DNA of 52,713 nucleotides from an uncultured Oscillospiraceae bacterium (GTDB taxonomy: Bacteria > Bacillota > Clostridia > Oscillospirales > Oscillospiraceae). Positions 36,679 to 46,392 of this stretch are shown here, piece by piece. How positions within the stretch are numbered: position 1 is the stretch's first letter; each line of letters opens with the position of its first letter. The DNA lies in NCBI GenBank assembly GCA_964392535.1, contig CAYMPY010000001.1, forward strand, positions 1 through 52,713, given 5' to 3'. The notes beneath the pieces were generated by a model. It was not told where the DNA came from. It saw only the letters and a list, made by a program, of their open reading frames with translations, and searched no databases. A program made the position numbers and the translations under genes.

Positions 36679-38031
36679 ATGGAAAAATACCGCATTGGTT
36701 ACGGCCGGGTGGATGTGACGCCACTGGAAAATGTACCTCAGGCCGGTTTTGGTAACACGGACCGCCATATCAGCACCGAGGTCCATGACCCCATTATGGC
36801 CAGCTGCTTTGCCATTACCGACAGCAAGGACACCACGGTTTTACTGATTTGCATCGATTTGCAGCGGGCGGACATTACCACCGTTACCAATGCCCGTGAG
36901 AATATCTCCAGGGAGCTGGGTGTGCCGGGCAACCATGTGATGGTCTGCACCACCCATACCCACGCAGGCCCGGAGATGTTCCGTCCGGATATGCCTCAGA
37001 TCGCCCGCTACCGTCCAAGATTAGACGAGGGCATCCTGCTGGCGGCAAAGCTTGCCCTGTTTGACCGCCGGGAGGCCGATATTTACATCGGTGATATTGA
37101 GACCGAGCGGATGAACTTTGTCAAGCACTATGCCTATGAGGACGAAAACGGCGAGACGAAATACTTCGGTGATATTTTCGGCACTGCTACATATAACGAA
37201 ACTACCCGCCATGTGACCGAGGTGGACCCCACCATGCATGTGCTGAAGATCGTCCGTCAGGGTATGAAGGACCTGGTGCTGGTCAACTGGCGTGCCCACG
37301 GTCATGTGTATGCCGCTGCCAAGCGGTTTGACCTGTCCGCCGATTTCCCCGGTTTCCTCCGCTCCGCCTTTGAAAGTCGGTATGATGGCCTGATCACATA
37401 TTTCCAGGGTGCTTGCGGCAATGTCAACGCCCATACCCGTTTGGAGCATGAAAAACAGACCAGAGTTCCGGAGGAATACGGTAATCTCTTGGCGGATTAT
37501 GTCATTAAGGTTCTGGAAGGGGAGATGACCCCGGTTGAATATAAGCCCATCGGCATTACCCGGACGGTACTGAAAGAGCCCATCAATCTGCCTACCCCGG
37601 AGTTTTACGATAACTGCCTGAAGGTGCAAAAGCTTTGGCGTGAAACGAACTCCGCTTCTGCCTGCCGGGAGTTGGGTCAGCCCTTAGGTATCCGCAGCCA
37701 CGCTATGGCAAACGCCGTCATTGCCCGTACCAAAAGAGGTGAATACGGTGATCTGGAGCTCAACGCCATTACGTTGGGTGATGTGGGCATCGTCACTGCC
37801 CCCAATGAGCTTTTCGATACCCTGTCCGTCTATGTGGAGGATCACGCACCCTTTAAGAAGGTGCTGACCTTCGGTTATGCAAACCATGCCCAGGGCTATA
37901 TCCCCAGTGCCTATGGGTTTGAATACAGCTGCTACGAATCCGATTGCTGTTATTTCCTGCCGGGAATCGGTGAGAAGATTCGGGACACCCATCTGCAGAT
38001 GCTGGAGAAGCTGAAGCAGGAACAGAATTAA
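36679..38031 (+). CDS. Neutral/alkaline ceramidase-like Zn amidase, no signal peptide
   Basis: IGYGRVDVTP, THTHAGP, VNWRAHG, SADFPG, QGACGNVN, PNELF and GYANHAQGYIPS...YE. Confidence 0.8.
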   Translation: MEKYRIGYGRVDVTPLENVPQAGFGNTDRHISTEVHDPIMASCFAITDSKDTTVLLICIDLQRADITTVTNARENISRELGVPGNHVMVCTTHTHAGPEMFRPDMPQIARYRPRLDEGILLAAKLALFDRREADIYIGDIETERMNFVKHYAYEDENGETKYFGDIFGTATYNETTRHVTEVDPTMHVLKIVRQGMKDLVLVNWRAHGHVYAAAKRFDLSADFPGFLRSAFESRYDGLITYFQGACGNVNAHTRLEHEKQTRVPEEYGNLLADYVIKVLEGEMTPVEYKPIGITRTVLKEPINLPTPEFYDNCLKVQKLWRETNSASACRELGQPLGIRSHAMANAVIARTKRGEYGDLELNAITLGDVGIVTAPNELFDTLSVYVEDHAPFKKVLTFGYANHAQGYIPSAYGFEYSCYESDCCYFLPGIGEKIRDTHLQMLEKLKQEQN

Positions 38032-38044
38032 GGAGGTTATGTAT

Positions 38045-39520
38045 ATGAAAAAAATAATCGCACTGATACTCGTCCTTGTGATGGTCGTTGCTATCTGCGG
38101 CTGCGGCAAGGAAGATCAGCCTGCTGCCCAGGAGCTCCAGACACAGATCGTGGAGAGTGCCAACATTGATGGTGTGTTCTCTGTGGGCTATTCCCGGAAG
38201 GACATCACCCCCAAGGAAGCGGTGCCCATATCCGGCATTACGGCCAGCAGTACAGACCGTATGTCCACAAGCGTCCACGATTCTCTTCAGGTGACCTGCA
38301 TTGCAATGACCGACGAAAACGGTGAGACGGCACTGTTCTTCACCGTCGACCTGCAGCGTCCCGATGTGGATATTTTTGACTATGTGGCGCTGTCCCTTAA
38401 CCAGCAGCTGGGCATTCCGGAGGACCGTATGTTCTTTACGGCCACCCATACCCACTCCGGTCCCGATACCTATAATACCACCGTCCCGGCCATTGCCACC
38501 TATAACCTGATGGTTCTGGAGCAGTCTGTTGCAGCCGGCATAGAGGCGCTTGAGGACCGGAAGCCTGCGGAGCTGTACTTAAGTCAGATCGAGACCGAAA
38601 GCATGAACTTCGTTCGGCACTACACCAACGAGCTGGAGGACGGCACGCTGCTCTACTGGGGCGACCAGTACCGTGTGGGTATCGCCTCTGTGGACACTAC
38701 CACCAAGCATGTTTCTGAAGCTGACCCCACCATGTATGTGGTGCGTATCGCCCGGGAGGGCGATAAGGATGTTGTGATGGTCAACTGGCGTGCCCATCCC
38801 CACCTGTTCACCACCTCATCCTCCTATAAGCTGTCTGCCGACTTCATCGGCGCCTTCCGCGTGGCTATGGAGAATTTGTACGATTGCGAATTTGCCTACT
38901 ACCAGGGCGCAGCCGGCAATGTCAACAATAAGAGTAAGATCGCTTCTGAACAGCGGACTTCTGACTACGGCGAGTATGGCCGTATCATGGCAGAATATGT
39001 TCTGGAAGCCATGAAAAATGAGACCAGGGTGGAGAATACCACCATTCAGAGCCGGCAGAATCAGCGGGTCTTTGAGCAGAACCACACCACCGACCACCTG
39101 GTTTCCTACGCAACCATCTGCCGGAATATGTGGAAGCAAGGCTACTCCAATGCGGAGGCTACTGCCTACGGTGAGCAATACGGCGTTTACGGTCCTGTTG
39201 CAGCTGCTTCCATTATCTCCAGAGCAAAGAAGGGTGCGACCATCACCTCTGAGCTTAATGCCATTGTGATCGGTGATCAGCTGTGCATCGTAACAGCACC
39301 TCACGAGCTGTTTGATACCAACTCCGTATGGCTGGAAGGAGAGTCTCCCTACGCCATGACCCTGACCTTCGGCTACACCAACGGTATGAACGGTTATGTG
39401 CCCTCTGCAGCAGCCTTTGAGTACGGCTGCTATGAGGCCAACTGTAGCAACCTTATGCCCGGCGGCGGCGAGCTGATCCAGGAGGAGTTCCTGGCCATGC
39501 TCAACGATATGGCTCAGTAA
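38045..39520 (+). CDS. Neutral/alkaline ceramidase-like lipoprotein (copy A)
   Basis: Lipobox ICGC; VGYSRKDITP, THTHSGP, VNWRAHP, SADFIG, QGAAGNVN, PHELF and GYTNGMNGYVPS...CYE. Confidence 0.82.
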   Translation: MKKIIALILVLVMVVAICGCGKEDQPAAQELQTQIVESANIDGVFSVGYSRKDITPKEAVPISGITASSTDRMSTSVHDSLQVTCIAMTDENGETALFFTVDLQRPDVDIFDYVALSLNQQLGIPEDRMFFTATHTHSGPDTYNTTVPAIATYNLMVLEQSVAAGIEALEDRKPAELYLSQIETESMNFVRHYTNELEDGTLLYWGDQYRVGIASVDTTTKHVSEADPTMYVVRIAREGDKDVVMVNWRAHPHLFTTSSSYKLSADFIGAFRVAMENLYDCEFAYYQGAAGNVNNKSKIASEQRTSDYGEYGRIMAEYVLEAMKNETRVENTTIQSRQNQRVFEQNHTTDHLVSYATICRNMWKQGYSNAEATAYGEQYGVYGPVAAASIISRAKKGATITSELNAIVIGDQLCIVTAPHELFDTNSVWLEGESPYAMTLTFGYTNGMNGYVPSAAAFEYGCYEANCSNLMPGGGELIQEEFLAMLNDMAQ

Positions 39521-39533
39521 GGAGGATTTTACA

Positions 39534-42500
39534 ATGAAAAAACAATTCAGAATACTCCTTGCAGTGCTGCTGGTTGCGCTGGCTCTGCTGGTCACCGGCT
39601 GCGGTAAGGAAGAGCCCAAGCAGGCAGCACAGGCCCAAAGCAAGGAAGTGCTGTACTTTAACCTGGAAAAAGACGAGTATGTAGGTGCAGGCACTGACTT
39701 CACCTCCGCCCGTACCCCCCGTGGTGACGGCCTGTACTACATCTCCTTTGGCTCTCAGGGCGAGAAGCTGGAGCTGATCTGCGCCGATAAGGCTCTGGTC
39801 AACATGATCGACATGATGGAGATCATGGGCCTGGAGTTTGACGAAAACGGTCAGATCATCGGCGTCAAGACCCTGGAGGAATGTGGCTATCAGCTGTTTT
39901 CCCGTATGCTGTTCGTCACCGGTGTGGAGGGCAATGTGATCCACACCAACAACTCCGTCACCGGCCGTGGTGTTGATTTAGACATCACCCTGACCGAGGA
40001 GACCGAGATCCGTGACGTCACCGGCGGCGCATTGCTGGGCTACCAGACCAGAGATATCCAGGTGGACGATGAGCTTGTGGTGCTGACCGATAACGCAGGC
40101 ACCGTGACCCATGTGTTCGTCAAGCCTGTGCCGGAAATCGGCGACGTGTACTGGAACACCGAGCGTATGTATGACTCCACCACCGCCATGACCACCCGTG
40201 AGCCTGACGATTTGGGCTACTACACCTATGTTTTTGCTCTCCGCGGCGAGCAGGTGACCCTGCGTACCCGGGATATGGCGGTGGCAAACGCCATCGATAA
40301 GCAGAATGCGCCTATCATGACCTTAGAGTTTGATGAGGAAGGCCTGATCACCAAAAAAACCAGCGTCAAGCTGGCAACCGGCGGCAGCAGTATTGCCTCC
40401 TGGTTCGATATTATTGCCATTAACGGCAATACCATTACCGCAGAGCGAAAGCTGTCCGGCACCCGGTTCGGTGAAGTGGTGGAGATTGTTCTGCGTGACG
40501 ACTGCCAGATCTACGACTGCACCGACTTTGCGGATGTGGAAGGCCAGGTCACCACACTGAAGGTGGGTGACCGTATCCACGGTGAGACCGACTCCCGTGG
40601 CCGTGGCGCCATCATCTATGTGGTCGGCAACCGGAAGATCTCCGGCGGTGTTATCGGCTGGAACTTAGACCGCAAGTGGGATTCCACCAACAAGGTTTCC
40701 ACCCGTCAGCCCGGCGCAGACGGCTGGTATGAGATCGAGATGGCCATCGAGGGCAAGCCTGTTACTGTCCGGACCGACAATAAGAATTTTGTAAACAAGA
40801 TCGACTCCTTCGTCTGCTATGGCTTGAAGCTGGATGAAAACAATGTGGTCAAGCAGGTTGCCGCGGCGCAAAATATCTACGGCGGCGGTACCTATGCTTC
40901 CTACTACTGGATCACCAAGATCGAGGGTAATACCATCACCTGTGAGCGTGACGGTCAGACCCAGATCATCGACATGGCCGATAACTTTATCTGCTACAAT
41001 GTTTCCGACCAGGCCTCTGTGAAGGGTGAGGTCACGGAGCCCAAGGTGGGTGACCGTGTTCACGGCTTTAAGGAAAACGGCCTGCTGCGGGAGCTGTATG
41101 TGGTCTCCCGTCCCTGGGATGCCAGCATCTACTGGAACATCAACCGTCAGTACGATTCCACCAATAAGACCACCAAGCGTGTTCCCGATGAAAACGGCTT
41201 CTACTGGTTTGACTTTGCCGTAGACGGCAAGCAGATCACCTTAAAGACCAATCAGAAGGAAATTGCCGATAAGATCGACTCCAACTCCGCAAGACATGTG
41301 GCGCTGCTGCACTGGAACGGCTGGATCACCAAGATCATCTCCACCACATCCATCACCAAGTATTCCGGTTCTACCAAGAGCATTTCCTGGGTGGATGTGA
41401 CCAAAATCGACGGCGATACCATCTACAGCCAAAAGAACCAGGCCGGTCATGCGGATGACGGCAAGACCTTCGTCACCACCATGGCCAAGAGCTGTAAGGT
41501 CTACAATGTGGACTCTGCAGGTGTTCTGAAGTATGTGGGCGAGCCCACCACCGTTCAGGTCGGTGATCGTATCCACGCCTATCACAATGCCCAGGGCCTT
41601 GCAACGCTGATCTTTATTGTGGATAACCGTGTAGCCCCCCTGGATACTACGCCCAACACCTGTCCCTGTGAGCAGGGTGTGACCTGGGAGCCCTGGGACG
41701 GCACCACAGAGCTGCAGGATAAGAAATACTACTACCTGACTCAGGATGTGGTCGCTCCTACCGAGGGCTTTGTGATCACCGGTCAGACCGTGAACCTGCG
41801 GCTGGATGGCCATACCATCAGTTCCGATGGCCGCTGCTTCTGGATCAAGTCCGATGGCAAGCTGAACATCTGTGATCACGGCACCCGCGGTAAGCTCATC
41901 GGCACCGGCGTGGACGGCGAGTCCGGCGGCGTGATCCGTCTGTATACCGCTACCGGTACTTCTGTGAACCTGTGGAACATCGATGTAATGTCCGATGGTG
42001 ACAATACTACTATGGCCAAGGAAGGCGGCATTGCCTCCGTCAGTGGTCCGTTTACGGCCCATAACTGTAACTTCTCCGGTGGCGTTTCCTCCGATAAGGG
42101 TGGCAACTTCCAGGTCTCCAGCGGTGGTACCTTCCGTACCTTCGACTGCACCATCACAGGCGGTGAGGCCGAAAACAAGGGCGGCAACATGAACATTTCC
42201 GGCCGGATCTATATGGAAAACACCACCGTCACCGGCGGTAAGACCAAGGACAATGTGGGCAGCAACATCAGCTTCGACAGCACATTAGAGTGTGTGATGA
42301 AGGATGTGACCATCACCGCTGCCTCCGGCCAGACTAACTTCTATATGTCCAAGGGTGAGCTGGGTGTATCCGGCAAAATGACTATCACCGGCGGTACAGG
42401 CTATAACTTCAAGCCTGTAGCAGGTGTGCTGGCAGATCAGGGCTTGACTACAGACTCTGTCATCGGCGTGACCCGTGACGGCGAAGGCACCGTTATGACC

Positions 42501-44516
42501 GGTGCCACCGAGGAAAAGCTCGCCTGCTTCACCTTAGAGAACTTCAAGGATCAGGCCCTGACCTTTGTAGACGGCATCATCCAGGTTGAAGAGCGCATCA
42601 TTATTAAGAGTCATACCGACCACTGCCTGTGCGCAGGAAACGGTGTGGAGGGCACTTCCCACAGCTGCTCCACGGAAACCGACTGGACCGTCATTTCCGA
42701 TGCTGTATTTGAAGATGCCATCGGTACCAAGGGCACCGTTGTGGGCCTGAAGTTTATCGAGGATGGCAACTACTACCTGTCCCGTGACTATGCACTGCCC
42801 TCCATGATCTGTATCATGCCCGGTCAGGACATTACCATCTGCCTCAACGGCAGTGAGCTTTCCTCCTCTGCCCGTGTTGCTTATGTGGCCGGTAAGCTGA
42901 ACATCACCGATTGCCTTGGCGGCGGTGTGGCAGTCGGTGCATCCTCCAGCGGCGGTGGCTGCCTGAAGGTATTAAACGGCGGTGACCTGAATATCTACGG
43001 TGGTACCTTCCAGGCTACCAAGACCAGCAATTCCGACGGCGGCGTGATCGTTGTATCTACCGACTCCGGTAATACAGTTGATAACACCACCAAGCTCTCC
43101 ACCTACTTCAATATGTACGGCGGCACCGTCTCCGGCGGCAAGGCTGCCAAGGCCGGCGGCAACGTGGTTGTATGGCACACCACCTGTACCTTTAACATGT
43201 ACGGCGGTACGATTGAAAACGGCTCTGCCGGCACTACCGGCAGCAACGTCCACACTGCCGGTACCGTGAACCTGCTGGGCGGCACCATTTCCGGTGGCGA
43301 TGTATACCATAGCTCCGGCACGCTGACCATTGGCAACAAGCTGAAGCTGGAGGCTCTGAGCCTGAAGGCAGGCAAGCAGGTCAAGATCTCCGATAAAGGT
43401 CTGATGGCCTCCGCACCCATTAAGCTGACCGCACCCATCGGTGTGTTCGCTACAAATGTGACAACCGATCTGAGCGCTTGCTTCCAGGTAGCTGACGGCT
43501 ACAGCATCACCTACAATGCTACCGACAAGACCCTGTCCCTCAGCGGCCAGGCACACAAGACCCACTGCCTGTGTAGCGGCGCAGACCTGGGCCTTGCAGA
43601 TCATACCTGTAAGGGCATTTCTGATTGGCAGCCCCTGACAGCAGATATCCTTGTGGACTATGTGGGCATGAAGGGCACTGTTGTCGGCAAGACCGTTCCC
43701 TCCGGCAACTACTACCTGCCCGGGGACCTGGAGCTCAGTTCCATGCTGATCGTCCCCGAGGGCTACAGTATCACCATCGACCTGTGCGGCAACGACATTA
43801 CCGCTGTTTCCACTCGTGTGTCTTATGTGGCAGGCACCCTGACCTTCACCGATTGTGAGGGCACAGGCACCGTCAACGGCAACATTGCCCAGAACGGCGG
43901 CTGTATTAAGGTCCTCAACGGCGGTACGCTGAACATCTACGGCGGTACATTCACCAATCCCAAGAAGGATGCAACCGGCGGCGCAGTTGTTGTGGTGTCC
44001 ACCGACTCCGGCAATGTGGTGGAAAGCAGCCCCAAGAAGACCACCACCTTCAATCTGTATGGCGGCACCCTGACCGGCGGCAGCACCTCCGGTAACGGCG
44101 GTACGGTAGCTACCTTCGTGTCCCAGTGCGTATTTAATATGTACGGCGGCGTGGTCGAAAACGGCTCTGCCGACAAGGCAGGCGGCTGTATGTCCCTGAA
44201 CGGCCCGTCCAAGATTTTGGGCGGCACAGTCCGTGGCGGCAGCGCAGGCACAGACGGCCAGGATATTGCGCTGCGCAGCAGCGGCAGCCTGACTCTGGGC
44301 GGCAATGTGTCCATCGGACAGATCCATCTTGTGAGCGGTAAGACCATCACCATCCACGATAGTGGTCTGACTACTGCAGCACCTATTGTGATCGCAGCCG
44401 AAGCTGGCACTTTTGCAACCAAGGTCACCTCCGACCTGAGCACCTGCTTCCAGGCACTTAGTGACACACTGACCGTCGTTTATGACGAGGTAGAGCAGAC
44501 TCTGACACTTCAATAA
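39534..44516 (+). CDS. Giant modular lipoprotein A (1660 aa): 4 N-terminal ~165-aa repeats + 3 Gly-rich beta-helix-like modules with Cys/His caps
   Basis: Lipobox VTGC; repeats [YW]N.[ED]R.[YW]DS...R.P...G.Y...VGDR[IV]H; modules start NTCPC, HTDHCLC...HSC, HKTHCLC...HTC; many FNMYGG / GGT motifs. Confidence 0.85.
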   Translation: MKKQFRILLAVLLVALALLVTGCGKEEPKQAAQAQSKEVLYFNLEKDEYVGAGTDFTSARTPRGDGLYYISFGSQGEKLELICADKALVNMIDMMEIMGLEFDENGQIIGVKTLEECGYQLFSRMLFVTGVEGNVIHTNNSVTGRGVDLDITLTEETEIRDVTGGALLGYQTRDIQVDDELVVLTDNAGTVTHVFVKPVPEIGDVYWNTERMYDSTTAMTTREPDDLGYYTYVFALRGEQVTLRTRDMAVANAIDKQNAPIMTLEFDEEGLITKKTSVKLATGGSSIASWFDIIAINGNTITAERKLSGTRFGEVVEIVLRDDCQIYDCTDFADVEGQVTTLKVGDRIHGETDSRGRGAIIYVVGNRKISGGVIGWNLDRKWDSTNKVSTRQPGADGWYEIEMAIEGKPVTVRTDNKNFVNKIDSFVCYGLKLDENNVVKQVAAAQNIYGGGTYASYYWITKIEGNTITCERDGQTQIIDMADNFICYNVSDQASVKGEVTEPKVGDRVHGFKENGLLRELYVVSRPWDASIYWNINRQYDSTNKTTKRVPDENGFYWFDFAVDGKQITLKTNQKEIADKIDSNSARHVALLHWNGWITKIISTTSITKYSGSTKSISWVDVTKIDGDTIYSQKNQAGHADDGKTFVTTMAKSCKVYNVDSAGVLKYVGEPTTVQVGDRIHAYHNAQGLATLIFIVDNRVAPLDTTPNTCPCEQGVTWEPWDGTTELQDKKYYYLTQDVVAPTEGFVITGQTVNLRLDGHTISSDGRCFWIKSDGKLNICDHGTRGKLIGTGVDGESGGVIRLYTATGTSVNLWNIDVMSDGDNTTMAKEGGIASVSGPFTAHNCNFSGGVSSDKGGNFQVSSGGTFRTFDCTITGGEAENKGGNMNISGRIYMENTTVTGGKTKDNVGSNISFDSTLECVMKDVTITAASGQTNFYMSKGELGVSGKMTITGGTGYNFKPVAGVLADQGLTTDSVIGVTRDGEGTVMTGATEEKLACFTLENFKDQALTFVDGIIQVEERIIIKSHTDHCLCAGNGVEGTSHSCSTETDWTVISDAVFEDAIGTKGTVVGLKFIEDGNYYLSRDYALPSMICIMPGQDITICLNGSELSSSARVAYVAGKLNITDCLGGGVAVGASSSGGGCLKVLNGGDLNIYGGTFQATKTSNSDGGVIVVSTDSGNTVDNTTKLSTYFNMYGGTVSGGKAAKAGGNVVVWHTTCTFNMYGGTIENGSAGTTGSNVHTAGTVNLLGGTISGGDVYHSSGTLTIGNKLKLEALSLKAGKQVKISDKGLMASAPIKLTAPIGVFATNVTTDLSACFQVADGYSITYNATDKTLSLSGQAHKTHCLCSGADLGLADHTCKGISDWQPLTADILVDYVGMKGTVVGKTVPSGNYYLPGDLELSSMLIVPEGYSITIDLCGNDITAVSTRVSYVAGTLTFTDCEGTGTVNGNIAQNGGCIKVLNGGTLNIYGGTFTNPKKDATGGAVVVVSTDSGNVVESSPKKTTTFNLYGGTLTGGSTSGNGGTVATFVSQCVFNMYGGVVENGSADKAGGCMSLNGPSKILGGTVRGGSAGTDGQDIALRSSGSLTLGGNVSIGQIHLVSGKTITIHDSGLTTAAPIVIAAEAGTFATKVTSDLSTCFQALSDTLTVVYDEVEQTLTLQ

Positions 44517-44524
44517 TGAAACCC

Positions 44525-44559
44525 TCCCCGATGCACCACGGTGCATCGGGGATTCTTTT
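44525..44559 (+). terminator. Intrinsic terminator
   Basis: tccccgatgcacc / ggtgcatcgggga + ttctttt. Confidence 0.82.
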
Positions 44560-44562
44560 ATT

Positions 44563-44721
44563 GTAGGGACCGTCGTCCTCGGCGGTCCGTAGTAGTTCGA
44601 AAATCGCCTGCGGACCGTCCGGGAGGCCGATCCCTACAAATATGTCGTTATTTTTCCTAAGTTGACAGCATTGCCTTTAGGGGAGGCGGTTCAATGCGGG
44701 CGATTTGTGAATCGCCCCTAC
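44563..44721. repeat. GTAG REP cluster (doublet plus single copy)
   Basis: gtagggaccgtcgtcctcggcggtccg ... cggaccgtccgggaggccgatccctac; cgggcgatttgtgaatcgcccctac. Confidence 0.75.
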
Positions 44722-44798
44722 GGTCGCTCGGTAGGATACGGGAAAAGGACTTGTCAGATGGTGCTTAATATAATACATATTTAGATTAAAATACTACA

Positions 44799-44826
44799 TT
44801 GACTTTTCCAAAAGTTTGCATAGAAT
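44799..44826 (+). promoter_or_regulatory. Probable sigma-A promoter for the second module
   Basis: TTGACT-16-TAGAAT. Confidence 0.5.
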
Positions 44827-44889
44827 ATATAGTGTATAGGTGCCATATTATGTCTTTATTAGGACAATATCAACAAGGAGGCGCATATT

Positions 44890-46380
44890 ATGAAAAAATG
44901 TATCGCACTCTTACTGATCGCTGTGATGACCCTGTCTTTACTGGGCTGTTCCGGCCAGAAGGAGCAGCCGCAGCAGGCTGCGGCGGAAGGCGGCGAGTAT
45001 GTCTGGGACGGCACCACCCCGGAGGTGGAGGGCTTCCAGGTAGGCTTTGCCCGGAAGAACATCTCTCCCACTGCGGCTGTGCCGATTTCCGGTATTACCG
45101 CTCATGCAACGGACAGAATGTCCACCACCCTCCACGATACCCTTTACGTCAGCGCATTGGCTGTTACCGGCTCCAACGGTGAGACTGTGCTGTTTATGAC
45201 CTGGGATCTGCAGGGTACATATGCAAGTGTGCTGGATACCATTCGGGATATGATCAGCAGTGAGACCGGTGTTCTCCGTGAAAATGTGCTGATGACCGCT
45301 ACCCATACCCACTCCGGTCCTGCTGTGACCAACACGGATGTTGCTTACATGGAGGAGTACCGTGCCATGCTGGGTGCTCAGTGTATTGCAGCTGCCAAGG
45401 AGGCTCTGCTGGACCGTAAGCCTTCCGAACTGTACTACAGTCAGATCGAGACCGAGCGGATGAACTTTGTCCGTCACTATTCCTATGTGGATGCAAACGG
45501 TGAGCTGCAGTACTTCGGTGACCAGTACCGCATCAACAACTATGTTTTTGATGAGACCACCAAGCACGCATCCGAGGCTGACCCCACCATGTATGTGGTC
45601 CGTGTTGCCCGTGAGGGTGATAACGATGTGGTTTTTGTCAACTGGCGTGCCCATCCCCACCTGTATACATCCTCCTCTTCCTTCCGTGTTTCTGCGGACT
45701 TCATCGGCTCTTTCCGCACTGCTCTGGAAATGATGTACGACTGTGAGTTTATGTACTTCCAGGGTGCGGCCGGTAACGTCAACAACAAGTCTAAGATCGC
45801 CGGAGAGGCACAGACCTTTGAGTACGGTGAGTATGGCCGCATCATGGCTGAGTATGTTATGGAGTCCATGAAGAACGAGACCAAGCTTGAGGACACCACC
45901 CTGCAGGCCCGTACCGAAATAAAGGACTACCCTGCAAACCACTCTGAGGACCATTTGTACAGCATTGCGCTGCAGTGCCGTGCCATTTGGGATAACGGCG
46001 GCTCCAACTCCGAGGCTACCGCTTTCGGTGAGCCCTACGGTGTTTATGGCCCCATCCATGCCGGTGCCATCGTTACCAACTCCAAGCTGGGTGAGACCAT
46101 CACCGATGAGCTCCACGCCATCACCTTTGGTGATCAGCTGTGCATCGTTACAGCACCTCATGAGCTGTTTGATACCAACTCCGTGTGGCTGGAGGGTGAG
46201 TCCCCCTACGATGTGACCCTTACCTTCGGCTACACCAACGGCATGAACGGCTATGTACCCTCTGCCCAGGCTGTTGAGTACGGCTGCTACGAGCTCAACT
46301 GCACCAAGCTCATGCCTGGCTCCGGTGAGGTCATTCAAAATGACTTCCTGGCCATGCTGAACGAGCTGTACGCAAAGTAA
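44890..46380 (+). CDS. Neutral/alkaline ceramidase-like lipoprotein (copy B)
   Basis: Lipobox LLGC; THTHSGP, VNWRAHP, QGAAGNVN and PHELF; long stretches identical to copy A (GDQLCIVTAPHELFDTNSVWLEGESPY). Confidence 0.82.
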   Translation: MKKCIALLLIAVMTLSLLGCSGQKEQPQQAAAEGGEYVWDGTTPEVEGFQVGFARKNISPTAAVPISGITAHATDRMSTTLHDTLYVSALAVTGSNGETVLFMTWDLQGTYASVLDTIRDMISSETGVLRENVLMTATHTHSGPAVTNTDVAYMEEYRAMLGAQCIAAAKEALLDRKPSELYYSQIETERMNFVRHYSYVDANGELQYFGDQYRINNYVFDETTKHASEADPTMYVVRVAREGDNDVVFVNWRAHPHLYTSSSSFRVSADFIGSFRTALEMMYDCEFMYFQGAAGNVNNKSKIAGEAQTFEYGEYGRIMAEYVMESMKNETKLEDTTLQARTEIKDYPANHSEDHLYSIALQCRAIWDNGGSNSEATAFGEPYGVYGPIHAGAIVTNSKLGETITDELHAITFGDQLCIVTAPHELFDTNSVWLEGESPYDVTLTFGYTNGMNGYVPSAQAVEYGCYELNCTKLMPGSGEVIQNDFLAMLNELYAK

Positions 46381-46392
46381 GGAGGCATTGTA

